NCBI GenBank assembly: GCA_050294405.1
Contig: JBNKOC010000008.1
Span: 62,755 to 126,754, forward strand
Direction: 5' to 3'
From: Fibrobacteria bacterium
GTDB taxonomy: Bacteria > Fibrobacterota > Fibrobacteria > UBA11236 > JADFYW01
Length of the DNA stretch: 64,000 nucleotides
Part shown: in pieces, positions 17,218 to 27,627 of the stretch
Layout: each line of letters starts with the position of its first letter
Position numbering within the stretch: position 1 is the stretch's first letter
Notes under the pieces: model-generated
What the model was told of the DNA's origin: nothing
The model's input: only the letters and a program-made list of their open reading frames with translations
The model's database searches: none
Translations under genes and position numbers: made by a program

Positions 17218-17363
17218 TATTTTTTTTAAAAGAATTTGATTCTCTATGTATAGGATATTGGGCTGTTTGGGAAATTGTATTTTTGTCTGTCAAGAAAGCA
17301 TGGCAAGGGGAAATTTTTGCCCACTAAAAATCTAAAAGTTCTATATCTTAGATTGAATTTCAA

Positions 17364-17762
17364 ATGGCTGAGCGGTATGATTATACCGAGGAAGTTATGA
17401 AATTCTTACTTGCAGATGATTCAAAAACAATTCGGCGGTTGTTAAAAACCTATTTAGGCAGCATGGGTTTTGAAGATTTGGTGGAAGCTCAGGATGGAGA
17501 AGAAGCTTTGGAAATGTTGAAGGCTGAAATTCCTGATGTATTGATCCTGGATTGGAACATGCCTAAAAAATCAGGGATTGAAGTTTTAAAATCCGCCCGG
17601 GAAGAAGGCGAGTTTAAAGAATTGAAAATTTTAATGTGCACATCAATGAGTGAAAAAGAAAATGTTATTGAAGCCATTAAAGCTGGCGCTAACAATTATA
17701 TGACCAAGCCTTTTTCAGAGGATATTCTAAAAGAAAAATTAGGGGCTTTAGGAATTATATAA
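17364..17762 (+). CDS. CheY-like response regulator
   Basis: LLADDS, ILDWNMP, MCTS, YMTKPF. True start possibly ATG 17397 (GAGG upstream). Confidence 0.88.
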   Translation: MAERYDYTEEVMKFLLADDSKTIRRLLKTYLGSMGFEDLVEAQDGEEALEMLKAEIPDVLILDWNMPKKSGIEVLKSAREEGEFKELKILMCTSMSEKENVIEAIKAGANNYMTKPFSEDILKEKLGALGII

Positions 17763-17784
17763 AAACGTATATATTAATAATATT

Positions 17785-18165
17785 ATGGGAACAACAATTA
17801 ATGTGGCGGTACTGGGAGCAAGCTCCAACCCCGAACGTATTTCCAACCAAGCAGTGGAAAGGCTGTTAAGCTATGGCCACAAGGTTTTTCCAATTCACCC
17901 CAAAGAAGAAGAAGTTCATGGACTCAAAGTTTTGCGGAAACTTTCAGATATTCCGGAAAAAATCCATACGCTTACTATGTATGTATCCGAAAAACTCTCC
18001 ACTCCCATGACCGATGATATCTTAGCTCTGTCTCCAGAACGCATTATCTTTAATCCCGGTGCAGAAAACCCCGGTTTGGCCTCTGTGGCCCAGGCTCAGG
18101 GCATTGAAACGGAAAATGCCTGTACATTAGTGCTTTTAGGTACAGGCCAATTTATAAATAGCTAA
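17785..18165 (+). CDS. CoA-binding protein (YccU-like)
   Basis: VAVLGASSNPER, VFPIHP, IIFNPGAEN, NACTLVLL. Confidence 0.85.
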   Translation: MGTTINVAVLGASSNPERISNQAVERLLSYGHKVFPIHPKEEEVHGLKVLRKLSDIPEKIHTLTMYVSEKLSTPMTDDILALSPERIIFNPGAENPGLASVAQAQGIETENACTLVLLGTGQFINS

Positions 18166-18179
18166 ATAATTTGCTAAGC

Positions 18180-20663
18180 TCAGGCCACTGAATATTCCGG
18201 CCCCATCCATTTTGAAATTTCCATTTTAGAAAACTCTTTGGAGCCATACTCTGCAGCCATCTTAATCAGGGGAGAAGCGCTATTTCTGTCTTCCAGTTCG
18301 ATTATCCATTTGGACATTTTTACCAAATCGGGATGATTGTCCGCTAAAACTATGCAATGCCCCAATTTGGCCAAACTTAAAAGGGCAATGGCCAGCTTTT
18401 TTAGATCTTCAAAATGAAGTCCGTGGCTGGGACCATCTAATAAAAATACACTGGGCTCTAGCCTGGAATTTGCCAATTGTAAGGCCAGCTTAATACGCTG
18501 GTTTTCTCCTCCGGACAGGCTTTCGGTATTTTGGTTGAGTGGTAAATAGCCAAGGCCTAAAAGGTTTAAAATTTTAAGCTGCCGCATAATACGCGGGTAA
18601 TTCCAAAAAAACTCCAAAGCATCATCCACAGTTAAAGATAAAGCTTCCCATATGTTTTTGCCTTTGATATATACATCTAAAATGTCGGGTTTATATCGTT
18701 TGCCCCCGCAATCTTCGCATAGGGTTTTTATTTCTCCCAAGCCTTCTACCTGGCTTTTGATTTGCCCGTGGCCCTGGCAACTGGGGCAAGCCCCTTCTTT
18801 GGTGTGGTTAGAAAAATGGGCGGCCTTGTACCCTCTTATTTTTGCTTCGGTGGTGGAAGCGTATAATTGCCTTAAAGGGCTGAACAGGGAAAGGGCCGTG
18901 GCCATCATGGAATTGGCCCGGCCACGAAGGGGGCTGCTGTCCATGAAAACCCAATTCATATCCGGGGCCAGGGAAGCATGCTTTGCTTTAAGGTCTACTA
19001 ACATCCGGGATTTTCCACAAGCCGTTTTTCCGCATATGATGTTTATGGCACCGCAAAGGAGCAGGGGCTCGGAAATCTTGGCTTTAATAATGTCCTTTAG
19101 TTTGATTTGTGTTTGGGTAGGTTTGGATTGGGGAAGAGCTAAGTCCCGACGGATTTCTTTCTCCAGGAAGTCTAACCGGAATCCTCCTTTATCTTTGAGA
19201 TACTTTCCGGTTAAAGGCGAGGAAGTAAGGTCTTTTACCTTTCCTTCAAAAACCAATTGGCCTCCTTCTGGCCCTGCCCCTGGTCCAAATTCAAATACAT
19301 AGGCGCAGCTTTTAATGATTTGCAAGTTGTGATCCACCACAATAATATGGTTGCCGTTATCTCTTAGACGTTTTAATATGGATATTAATTTGGGAATTTC
19401 TGAAGGGTGAAACCCTAAAGAAGGCTCGTCCAAAATATAGCAAAGCCCGGACATTTGGCTTTTTAAATGGCTAATGTATAGGCACCTTTGGAATTCTCCG
19501 GTGGATAATTGGGAAAGGGGGGCTCCAAGTTGCAAGTAGTCCATTTCAAGCTCAGCGAAATCAGCTATCCAGCTTAGGAGCCTTTCCAAAAAGGGTAAAG
19601 CAATGGCCTTGTCCTTAAGGCTGTAGCTATTTTCAAGGTCACTTTTGGAAAGCTCGGTAATTAAATTTCTAGCCCAAGGTAAAAGTTTTGAGAGTTCCCA
19701 TTGCATCATTTCCGGCAGTGAGATGTCAGAAATTTTCCATTGGAAAATTTCCGGGCTATATCTCGAACCACTACAATACGCACAATTCATTCCGCTTCCT
19801 TTGCAGGCAGGGCATGCTCCAAGGGGAGAAAAGTAGGAGAAATGGCTGAGGCTGGGCTGGTTAAAGCCAGCTTCATGGCCCTGGGCTTCGTAGCTGTTAT
19901 AGTATATATGAAATTTTTCCTGGCTATAATCCCAAAGTCGCAGTTCTCCTTTGCCCCATTCGTAGGCGGTTTCCAGAGATTCCTGAATCCGTTTTTGCTG
20001 GCTGCCTTTCTCAAAGGAAGAGGCTGATAACATCCACCGGTCCACTAACAGGAAGCTATCTTTATTTTTAAGCTGCTCGGCTGTTACATCCTCCAAATCA
20101 AAGTTTTCTGATTCAATTTTAATTTTGGCAAAACCTGCTTTCCGGCATTTTTCCAAAAGCTCTTCTCCCTTAATATTTTTCATATGGGATAAGGGTGCCA
20201 GCAGTTCCAATTTGTATTTAGAGTTTGGGTTTTTGTTGGCTTTTTCTTTGAGTTGCCTGAATATTTGGGGTGAGCTTGTGGTTTTAAGGATGTTTCCATT
20301 TTGATGAGGTCGGCTCAATTGGGCATAGAGTTTTTGTAATATATAAAGGAGGCCACTGTAGCTTCCTAAACTGGCCCGACCAGCTTTATTTACTTTTTCG
20401 CTGCGTATACAAAGGGCAGGGGTAAGGCCATCCATATTTTCTACTTCCGCTGCGTCTGGGAGTTCGGCTAGCCTTCTGATAAAGACGGATTGGGACTCTA
20501 AAAATTTGCGCTGGCTTTCCGCATACAATGTATCCACAGCCAATGAGGTTTTTCCGGAACCCGAAGGGCCTATAATGGCCACCAATTCTCCCTTGGGAAT
20601 TTTGAGGTTTACCCCCTTTAAATTGTGAGTTTTTGCGTTTTGAATCTGAATGTAGTTGCGCAT
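18180..20663 (-). CDS. UvrA-like ABC ATPase (divergent paralog)
   Basis: HNLKGV, GPSGSGKTSLA, LYAESQR, GACPACKG, YILDEPS, GPGAGPEGG, CPSCQG/CEDCGG zinc finger, LSGGENQR. Several motifs are degenerate. Confidence 0.85.
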   Translation of the reverse strand: MRNYIQIQNAKTHNLKGVNLKIPKGELVAIIGPSGSGKTSLAVDTLYAESQRKFLESQSVFIRRLAELPDAAEVENMDGLTPALCIRSEKVNKAGRASLGSYSGLLYILQKLYAQLSRPHQNGNILKTTSSPQIFRQLKEKANKNPNSKYKLELLAPLSHMKNIKGEELLEKCRKAGFAKIKIESENFDLEDVTAEQLKNKDSFLLVDRWMLSASSFEKGSQQKRIQESLETAYEWGKGELRLWDYSQEKFHIYYNSYEAQGHEAGFNQPSLSHFSYFSPLGACPACKGSGMNCAYCSGSRYSPEIFQWKISDISLPEMMQWELSKLLPWARNLITELSKSDLENSYSLKDKAIALPFLERLLSWIADFAELEMDYLQLGAPLSQLSTGEFQRCLYISHLKSQMSGLCYILDEPSLGFHPSEIPKLISILKRLRDNGNHIIVVDHNLQIIKSCAYVFEFGPGAGPEGGQLVFEGKVKDLTSSPLTGKYLKDKGGFRLDFLEKEIRRDLALPQSKPTQTQIKLKDIIKAKISEPLLLCGAINIICGKTACGKSRMLVDLKAKHASLAPDMNWVFMDSSPLRGRANSMMATALSLFSPLRQLYASTTEAKIRGYKAAHFSNHTKEGACPSCQGHGQIKSQVEGLGEIKTLCEDCGGKRYKPDILDVYIKGKNIWEALSLTVDDALEFFWNYPRIMRQLKILNLLGLGYLPLNQNTESLSGGENQRIKLALQLANSRLEPSVFLLDGPSHGLHFEDLKKLAIALLSLAKLGHCIVLADNHPDLVKMSKWIIELEDRNSASPLIKMAAEYGSKEFSKMEISKWMGPEYSVA

Positions 20664-20718
20664 GACTTAGGGTGGTTTTTTAAATTTGCTAGTATATTTC
20701 TAAATAAATCACAGGACT

Positions 20719-21198
20719 ATGAAATTTACCAAAAAAACAGACTATGCCCTTCGCATAATGCAAATTTTAGCGAGGCAACCCCGTAAAGAGCTTTTGCCTA
20801 TGAAAACTATGGCAGCAGATTATGGCATGTCCATTAAATTTTTGCAGTCGGTGGCCCGGGGGTTAACCCATGCAGGTCTGGTAAACTCCCGTTCGGGGCC
20901 CCACGGAGGACTTGGCTTGTCCCGGGAGCCTTCACGTATTTCTGTATTGGAAATTATTGAAAGCGTAGAAGGCAAAATCAATCTAATGGATTGCCTGGAT
21001 CATCCCCATATTTGTTCCAGCGCGAACATGTGCTCCATTATGGGCGTGCTTCAACAAGCTCAAAACGCGCTTATCGATACATTGAGAACCACCAGTTTAA
21101 AACGCATGGTGGAAAAGAAAAAAGATCCCTTTAACCAAATCCCCAGGGAAAACTTTCAAAATCCGGTGTACCATTGTCCGGTTGTGAAAGTTTCTTAA
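20719..21198 (+). CDS. Rrf2-family transcriptional regulator
   Basis: KTDYALR, LVNSRSGPHGG, ISVLEIIESVEG and a three-Cys motif C-x6-C-x5-C. Confidence 0.9.
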   Translation: MKFTKKTDYALRIMQILARQPRKELLPMKTMAADYGMSIKFLQSVARGLTHAGLVNSRSGPHGGLGLSREPSRISVLEIIESVEGKINLMDCLDHPHICSSANMCSIMGVLQQAQNALIDTLRTTSLKRMVEKKKDPFNQIPRENFQNPVYHCPVVKVS

Positions 21199-21338
21199 GT
21201 TAAGCTGACAATTATAGACCAAACATCCTGATGTAATTGCTGGGGATTGGTTTTTTCCTTGCCAATTTGTGTAGATGAGTAGTTTTTTTTGAAGATTTTG
21301 CTACACTTTTATGCGTCAAAATTAACAGGGTTTGCAAT

Positions 21339-22505
21339 ATGAAATTACTCGAATACCAAGCTAAAAAGCTTTTGTCGGAAGTGGGCCTGCCTGTCCCTAA
21401 GGGGGAGCTGGTTACCGAAGTAGGGCAGGTTGATGCTGCTCTTCAAAAATTGGGAATTGAAAGGGGAGTGGCCAAAGCCCAGGCCTTTACCGGCGGTCGC
21501 GGTAAGGGTGGGGGAATAAAGCTGTTCAAATCCTCCGACGAAGCGAAAAGTTATGCCAAAGACATGCTGGGCATGACCCTGGTAACAAAGCAAACGGGCC
21601 CTGCGGGAACCTTAATCCATTCAGTTTATCTGGAAGAAGCCAGTGAAATTGATGTAGAACTTTATGTTGCCCTTACTTTGGACAGAGCAAAATCCTGTCC
21701 GGTTTTTATTCTCTGCCCCGAAGGCGGAATGGAAATTGAAGAAATTGCTGAAGAAACTCCTGAAAAAATTTTAAAACTCCATGCGCCACTTTCAACCGGG
21801 GTAAGCGATGAATTGCTCTCCCAAAGTGCGGAATTCATGGGAATTCCCGAAAAAAGCCAAGCCCAGTGGGGACAAGTGCTCAAAGGCCTTTTTGATATGT
21901 TTATAAAAAGAGATTGCTCCTTATTGGAAATCAACCCTCTTATCCTTACTAAATCCGGGGAGCTTTCCATTTTGGATTGCAAATTCAGCATTGACGATAA
22001 CGCTCTGTTCCGCCAAAAAGATTCTGGCGGCGATCCCTATGCTGAGCTCACCAAGTCAGAAATTGAAGCCGAACAATACGGCTTAAATTATATTAAACTG
22101 GATGGCGATATTGGATGTATGGTAAACGGCGCAGGCCTTGCCATGGCTACCATGGATATTATCCAGCACTACGGCGCTGAGCCTGCCAACTTTTTAGATG
22201 TGGGCGGCTCTGCTTCGGAAGAGGCCGTCACCAAAGCTTTTCAAATTATAACTTCCGACCCCAATGTTAAGGGCATATTGGTAAACATTTTTGGCGGCAT
22301 TATGGAATGCGACAAAATTGCCAAGGGAATTGTTAATGCTGTTTCCATATCCGGATTATCAGTTCCTCTGGTAGTCCGACTCTCTGGAACACACAGTGAA
22401 GAAGGCAAGGCCATAATTGATGGTTCCAATTTAAGTTTGCAAAGTGCGGAAACCCTTTCAGAGGGCGCCGAAAAAATCGTGGCAGCCGTAAAGGGAGGAA
22501 AATAA
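21339..22505 (+). CDS. sucC: succinyl-CoA ligase beta subunit
   Basis: [41 protein letters not shown]. Confidence 0.97.
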   Translation: MKLLEYQAKKLLSEVGLPVPKGELVTEVGQVDAALQKLGIERGVAKAQAFTGGRGKGGGIKLFKSSDEAKSYAKDMLGMTLVTKQTGPAGTLIHSVYLEEASEIDVELYVALTLDRAKSCPVFILCPEGGMEIEEIAEETPEKILKLHAPLSTGVSDELLSQSAEFMGIPEKSQAQWGQVLKGLFDMFIKRDCSLLEINPLILTKSGELSILDCKFSIDDNALFRQKDSGGDPYAELTKSEIEAEQYGLNYIKLDGDIGCMVNGAGLAMATMDIIQHYGAEPANFLDVGGSASEEAVTKAFQIITSDPNVKGILVNIFGGIMECDKIAKGIVNAVSISGLSVPLVVRLSGTHSEEGKAIIDGSNLSLQSAETLSEGAEKIVAAVKGGK

Positions 22506-22506
22506 C

Positions 22507-23379
22507 ATGGCCATTTTAATCAATGAAAATACCAAACTTTTAACTCAGGGCATCACCGGAAAAGCCGGTTTATTTCACTCATTGCGCTGCCGGGAATACG
22601 GTACCAATGTGGTAGGCGGAGTGACTCCAAAAAAAGGCGGAACCACTGTGGAAGGTTTCCCGGTTTTTAATTCCGTTGCCGAATGTGTGGAAAGCACTGG
22701 CGCTAACACCACCATGATTTTTGTTCCACCTCCCTACGCAGCCGATGCCATTATCGAAGCTGCCGATGCTGGCCTGGAACTTATTGTAGCCATCACCGAA
22801 GGTATTCCCGTAATGGATATGGTTCGCGTTAAAGAATATCTGGCAGATAAAAAATCCATATTAGTTGGCCCAAATTGTCCGGGCATCGTAACATCTGGCG
22901 TTTGCAAGGTGGGCATCGCCCCAGGCATGGTTCACAAAAAAGGTAAAATTGGAATAGTTTCCCGTTCGGGCACCCTTACTTACGAAGCCGTTTACCAAAC
23001 AACTCAGTTGGGCCTTGGTCAAACCACTGCAGTGGGCATCGGGGGTGATCCTGTTCATGGCCTCACTCACACCGAAGTAGTCAAAATGTTTAACGAAGAT
23101 CCCGAAACCGAAGGAATTATATTAATCGGCGAAATTGGCGGCTCTGAAGAAGATGCAGCAGCAGCCTACATAAAAGAAAATGTTTCCAAACCTGTGGCTG
23201 CTTTTATTGCTGGCGCTTCCGCTCCCAAAGGAAAAAGAATGGGACACGCTGGAGCGATTATCGAAGGCGGCGAAGGAACAGCTCAAAGTAAAATTGCCAA
23301 ACTGAAGGATGCTGGTTGTTTTGTGGCCTCCACAGCGGCGGAAATTGGCGATATGATGGTGAAGGCCATGAAGAACTAA
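22507..23379 (+). CDS. sucD: succinyl-CoA ligase alpha subunit
   Basis: [29 protein letters not shown]. Confidence 0.97.
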   Translation: MAILINENTKLLTQGITGKAGLFHSLRCREYGTNVVGGVTPKKGGTTVEGFPVFNSVAECVESTGANTTMIFVPPPYAADAIIEAADAGLELIVAITEGIPVMDMVRVKEYLADKKSILVGPNCPGIVTSGVCKVGIAPGMVHKKGKIGIVSRSGTLTYEAVYQTTQLGLGQTTAVGIGGDPVHGLTHTEVVKMFNEDPETEGIILIGEIGGSEEDAAAAYIKENVSKPVAAFIAGASAPKGKRMGHAGAIIEGGEGTAQSKIAKLKDAGCFVASTAAEIGDMMVKAMKN

Positions 23380-24357
<978 letters not shown>

Positions 24358-24359
24358 GT

Positions 24360-24863
24360 TTAGTTCTGACTCAGCCTTTTGATGTAAAACAATATTAGCT
24401 CAAGCTCTTTATCTTTAATATCGAACTTGGGCATTAGGTTTTCCATATACCCATCGGGTATCTGGGAATTGGGTTCTCGAATTGAATTGCGGATGTACTC
24501 TTCATCCGCAATTATTTTTTTACCGTTGTTTAACACAACCTCCGAACCGTACAACCCCTTAAAACTGGGCCCCCGAAATTTGGATCCATCCACAGAGTGG
24601 CATCCTAAACAACCGTATTGCCCCATTACCATGCTGGCTTCGAATTCTTTTTTGGCAATGGAATCCGCATTTTCCGTATTGTTGTCTTCGGTGGAGGGGT
24701 CTTTGTTCTCCGCGCTGCAATTGCTGAACAAAAATCCGGAAGCTAATAAACATAGTCCTAAAAACTTAAGGGCAGCTCTAAAAATGCCTTCCCGGATTCG
24801 CGCGGCTGCATTTTCGCTCGGTCTCACCTTCGGAAAACCATTTTTAGAGCTGCCCTTATACAT
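24360..24863 (-). CDS. monoheme c-type cytochrome, probable lipoprotein
   Basis: CLGCH, GPSFKGLYGS, ADEEYIRNSI..P, LMP (like the caa3 subunit II cytochrome c domain); hydrophobic stretch ending FSNC. Start uncertain (ATG 24863 overlaps the upstream stop). Confidence 0.75.
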   Translation of the reverse strand: MYKGSSKNGFPKVRPSENAAARIREGIFRAALKFLGLCLLASGFLFSNCSAENKDPSTEDNNTENADSIAKKEFEASMVMGQYGCLGCHSVDGSKFRGPSFKGLYGSEVVLNNGKKIIADEEYIRNSIREPNSQIPDGYMENLMPKFDIKDKELELILFYIKRLSQN

Positions 24864-25461
24864 AAACAATACCTTCACCTTGGCGAATAAGTTCAGGCTG
24901 GCCGTTTGTAAAATCAACAATGGTAGAAGGGCTGATGTTTAGAGGGCCCATGTCTGCCAAGGCGCTCACTGCGCTTTTTAAAAAAGGGTTTAAGGGTTCT
25001 GGAATTTCCGAAATCCCTGTTTCTGAATCGAACATGGATTTAATAATAAGGGGATAATCCGAAGACTCCAATAAATGCGACATAAATTTTGAGGAGGGAA
25101 ATTTAACTCCCATTTCAGGTCTTCTGGCTTCCAGAATTTTTTTTCCATGGTTGGTCGCTGGTAAAATAAAAGTAAAGGGTCCGGGAATAAGGGGTTTCAT
25201 GTATTTATAGGCAAAGTTTTCCACTGTGGCATATTCTGTAACCTGACGCATATCTTTAAAAAGCAAGGTCCTGGAAGATTTATCGCTGGTCTCTCTTAAT
25301 TTGTAAAACTTTTTTAAAGCCTGTTTGGAGCCCACATTGGCTGCAATGCAATATCCCGAATCTGATGGGCATATAATCATGCCACCGTCCTCCAGAATTT
25401 TTACCAGGTTGTTTAAAAAGCGCTTTTCCGGGTCCTGGGGATGTAACCTATAATATTCCAT
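24856..25461 (-). CDS. Sua5/YciO/YrdC family protein
   Basis: HPQDP, PSDSGY, PGPFTFIL, PSTIVD, LIRQGEG. Confidence 0.88.
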   Translation of the reverse strand: MEYYRLHPQDPEKRFLNNLVKILEDGGMIICPSDSGYCIAANVGSKQALKKFYKLRETSDKSSRTLLFKDMRQVTEYATVENFAYKYMKPLIPGPFTFILPATNHGKKILEARRPEMGVKFPSSKFMSHLLESSDYPLIIKSMFDSETGISEIPEPLNPFLKSAVSALADMGPLNISPSTIVDFTNGQPELIRQGEGIVYV

Positions 25462-25496
25462 TTATCCTGCTCACTCTCCCAATATTAGCATTATCC

Positions 25497-25883
25497 TCAT
25501 AAAATTGCCAAAAAAGCGTTTTTAAAATGAGAAATTTGGTAGGGAAAGCTGGACATGTTAACGCTTACAACATCAAAGCGGCAGTTACAGGGCTTTAACT
25601 TATTAAAGCTAAGCCAGGCATTGGCTATTTTATAAATTTGTTTTTTCTTTTTGGAGCCAACCCAGGATTCCGGTGTCCCGGCTGAATTGCTAAGGCTTGA
25701 TTTTACTTCTATAAACACCAATTCTCCCTTTGGACAGCGTGCAATAATATCTAATTCTCCCTTACGAATTCTGAAATTCTTGTCCAAAATTTTATAACCC
25801 CGGCTATGTAAAAACTTGCAGGCTATCAACTCCCCTAATTGGCCTTTTTGTCGGCTATTTGATGTATTCATAAAACGCGGCAA
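25497..25883 (-). CDS. YraN (UPF0102) family PD-(D/E)xK nuclease-like protein
   Basis: GQLGE, GELDIIA, LVFIEVK, CRFDVV. Start may be ATG 25871. Confidence 0.9.
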   Translation of the reverse strand: MPRFMNTSNSRQKGQLGELIACKFLHSRGYKILDKNFRIRKGELDIIARCPKGELVFIEVKSSLSNSAGTPESWVGSKKKKQIYKIANAWLSFNKLKPCNCRFDVVSVNMSSFPYQISHFKNAFLAIL

Positions 25884-25948
25884 ATCACTAAATGATTTGC
25901 TGTAAAGCTAATTAATTTTGAATTATTGGTAACCCTGATTATTCAAGA

Positions 25949-27406
25949 TCATTCATAGGGCATGGCTAATAGCCTTATAGCCTTCACTTTAACCTGAGAA
26001 GCTTCCGGAAGAGAGTTTTCTAATTTCACCTCTAAATTTTCGGCGATAAAATCAGGTAAATCCAAATATTGTGGTCCTGGAATAGCAGCTAATTCTAATC
26101 TGGCCTGCTCCCGCCCGGAGCTATGTAGGCTTAAAATTATTTGTTGGCCGGTTATCGCATTGGGCGCGGGGAGGAGATCCAGCGTTAAACCCATAATTAA
26201 AGATTGGGATTTTAATTGGACGGCTAAATTTAACCCTTCTAAGATGGGCAAGTCCAAATTGTCCAGTTTCACTTCTGCCGAAGTTTCATCAGAAAGAAGT
26301 TGGCTGCTTTTGGGGCTTATCCATTTTGAATTTTGTGATCTCGAATCCAAAAACTTGTTTGCTAACCACATTCCCATAAAGCCCAGAACAAATATAAGTA
26401 AGGCCAGGGAAATAAAAGAGCGGGCGGACTTCACCTGAACCACTCTTCTTCTGTCTGTGGACCGCCTGTCCGTAATTCTTTTTTCAGGTCCTGTATCTTT
26501 TTGCTGGGGGGAAGTACTAAAAGGAAGACTATGGCTCGCTTTTTTAATGGAGTCCATATCCTTCAACAATTCTGTGGCGTCTTTGTAGCGCTCTTCCTTA
26601 TTTTTCTTGAGGCATTTTGCCACAATTAATTCCAGCCGTGGGTTTACATTCTTTTTGAGTTTCGAAAGTAAGGGAGGGTTTTCGTGAACTTGTTTATATG
26701 CAATGGAAAGGGGGTTTTCTCCCATAAAAGGTGGTTTTCCGCAAACCATTTCAAATAAAACCACGCCAAAGGAATAAATATCGCTTTGAAAATCAATTTT
26801 ATGGCCTTGGCATTGCTCAGGCGACATGTATTCGGGAGTGCCCATAGCCATTCCGGTAGTGGTTAGGCGGGTTCCCCCAGGCGTTTGGGCAATTCCAAAG
26901 TCAGAGATGTAGGCTCTTCCATCTGAATCGAGCATTACATTGCCCGACTTTATGTCGCGGTGAACAATTCCCTTCGAATGGGAATATTTTAGCCCGCGGC
27001 AAATTTGTTTGCCAATGTTAATGACTTCATCTTCAGGCAAACCTTTTTTGCGTTCAATAATTTTGCAAAGGGTTTCCCCCCGTATATATTGCATAGCAAT
27101 ATAGCGTCGGTGATCTATTTCCCCGTAATCGTAAATGGTAACAATATTTTGATGTTGCAGGCGGGAAATGGCGAAAGCTTCGGAATTAAAGCGTTCGATA
27201 AAATCAGGAGTAGATAAAACCACAGGTAATACTTTTAAGGCGACGTACCTATCCAGTTTAAGGTGCTTGGCTTTATATACATCGCCCATACCACCTCTGC
27301 CAAGGAGCTCTACAATGCGATAGGCGCCGAATTCAGAATTGATATTTAGGGACCCTGCTTTCATACTGGGCTTTGTGGGTGGGTCAAAGGTTATGGTTTC
27401 TGGCAT
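25949..27406 (-). CDS. Hanks-type Ser/Thr protein kinase with TM and extracytoplasmic domain
   Basis: LGRGGMGDVY, VALK, HRDIKSGN, DFG, GTPEYMSPEQ, DIYSFG; TM segment FISLALLIFVLGFMGMWL. Confidence 0.93.
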   Translation of the reverse strand: MPETITFDPPTKPSMKAGSLNINSEFGAYRIVELLGRGGMGDVYKAKHLKLDRYVALKVLPVVLSTPDFIERFNSEAFAISRLQHQNIVTIYDYGEIDHRRYIAMQYIRGETLCKIIERKKGLPEDEVINIGKQICRGLKYSHSKGIVHRDIKSGNVMLDSDGRAYISDFGIAQTPGGTRLTTTGMAMGTPEYMSPEQCQGHKIDFQSDIYSFGVVLFEMVCGKPPFMGENPLSIAYKQVHENPPLLSKLKKNVNPRLELIVAKCLKKNKEERYKDATELLKDMDSIKKASHSLPFSTSPQQKDTGPEKRITDRRSTDRRRVVQVKSARSFISLALLIFVLGFMGMWLANKFLDSRSQNSKWISPKSSQLLSDETSAEVKLDNLDLPILEGLNLAVQLKSQSLIMGLTLDLLPAPNAITGQQIILSLHSSGREQARLELAAIPGPQYLDLPDFIAENLEVKLENSLPEASQVKVKAIRLLAMPYE

Positions 27407-27538
27407 TTACTTCCCGGATAAATCATTTATCGAAAATAAAGATTTTAAGGGGCTTAGCACAAATGAATAATCTGGAAAATAAAAAGACAAGGAATCTTGA
27501 AATAAAGTTGTTGTACAGTTATGAACTGTAAACAAATT

Positions 27539-27627
27539 CTCCCTCAAGCTCGCCGGGTCGTTAATTTATGTATCCTGGGCTCCTCTTCGAGCGTCTAATC
27601 TGAAGTCGCGATCCTCAATTTTTTGAG
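27539..27627. repeat. dispersed structured element, copy B
   Basis: 73% ungapped identity to 11442-11530; GC-richer than its flanks; overlaps the aminotransferase stop codon. Confidence 0.7.

Noticed and set aside
21201..21225. IscR-like operator between rrf2 and sucC (TAAGCTGACAATTATAGACCA)
   Set aside because: Only a partial match to a degenerate consensus with poor dyad symmetry; could arise by chance in AT-rich DNA.
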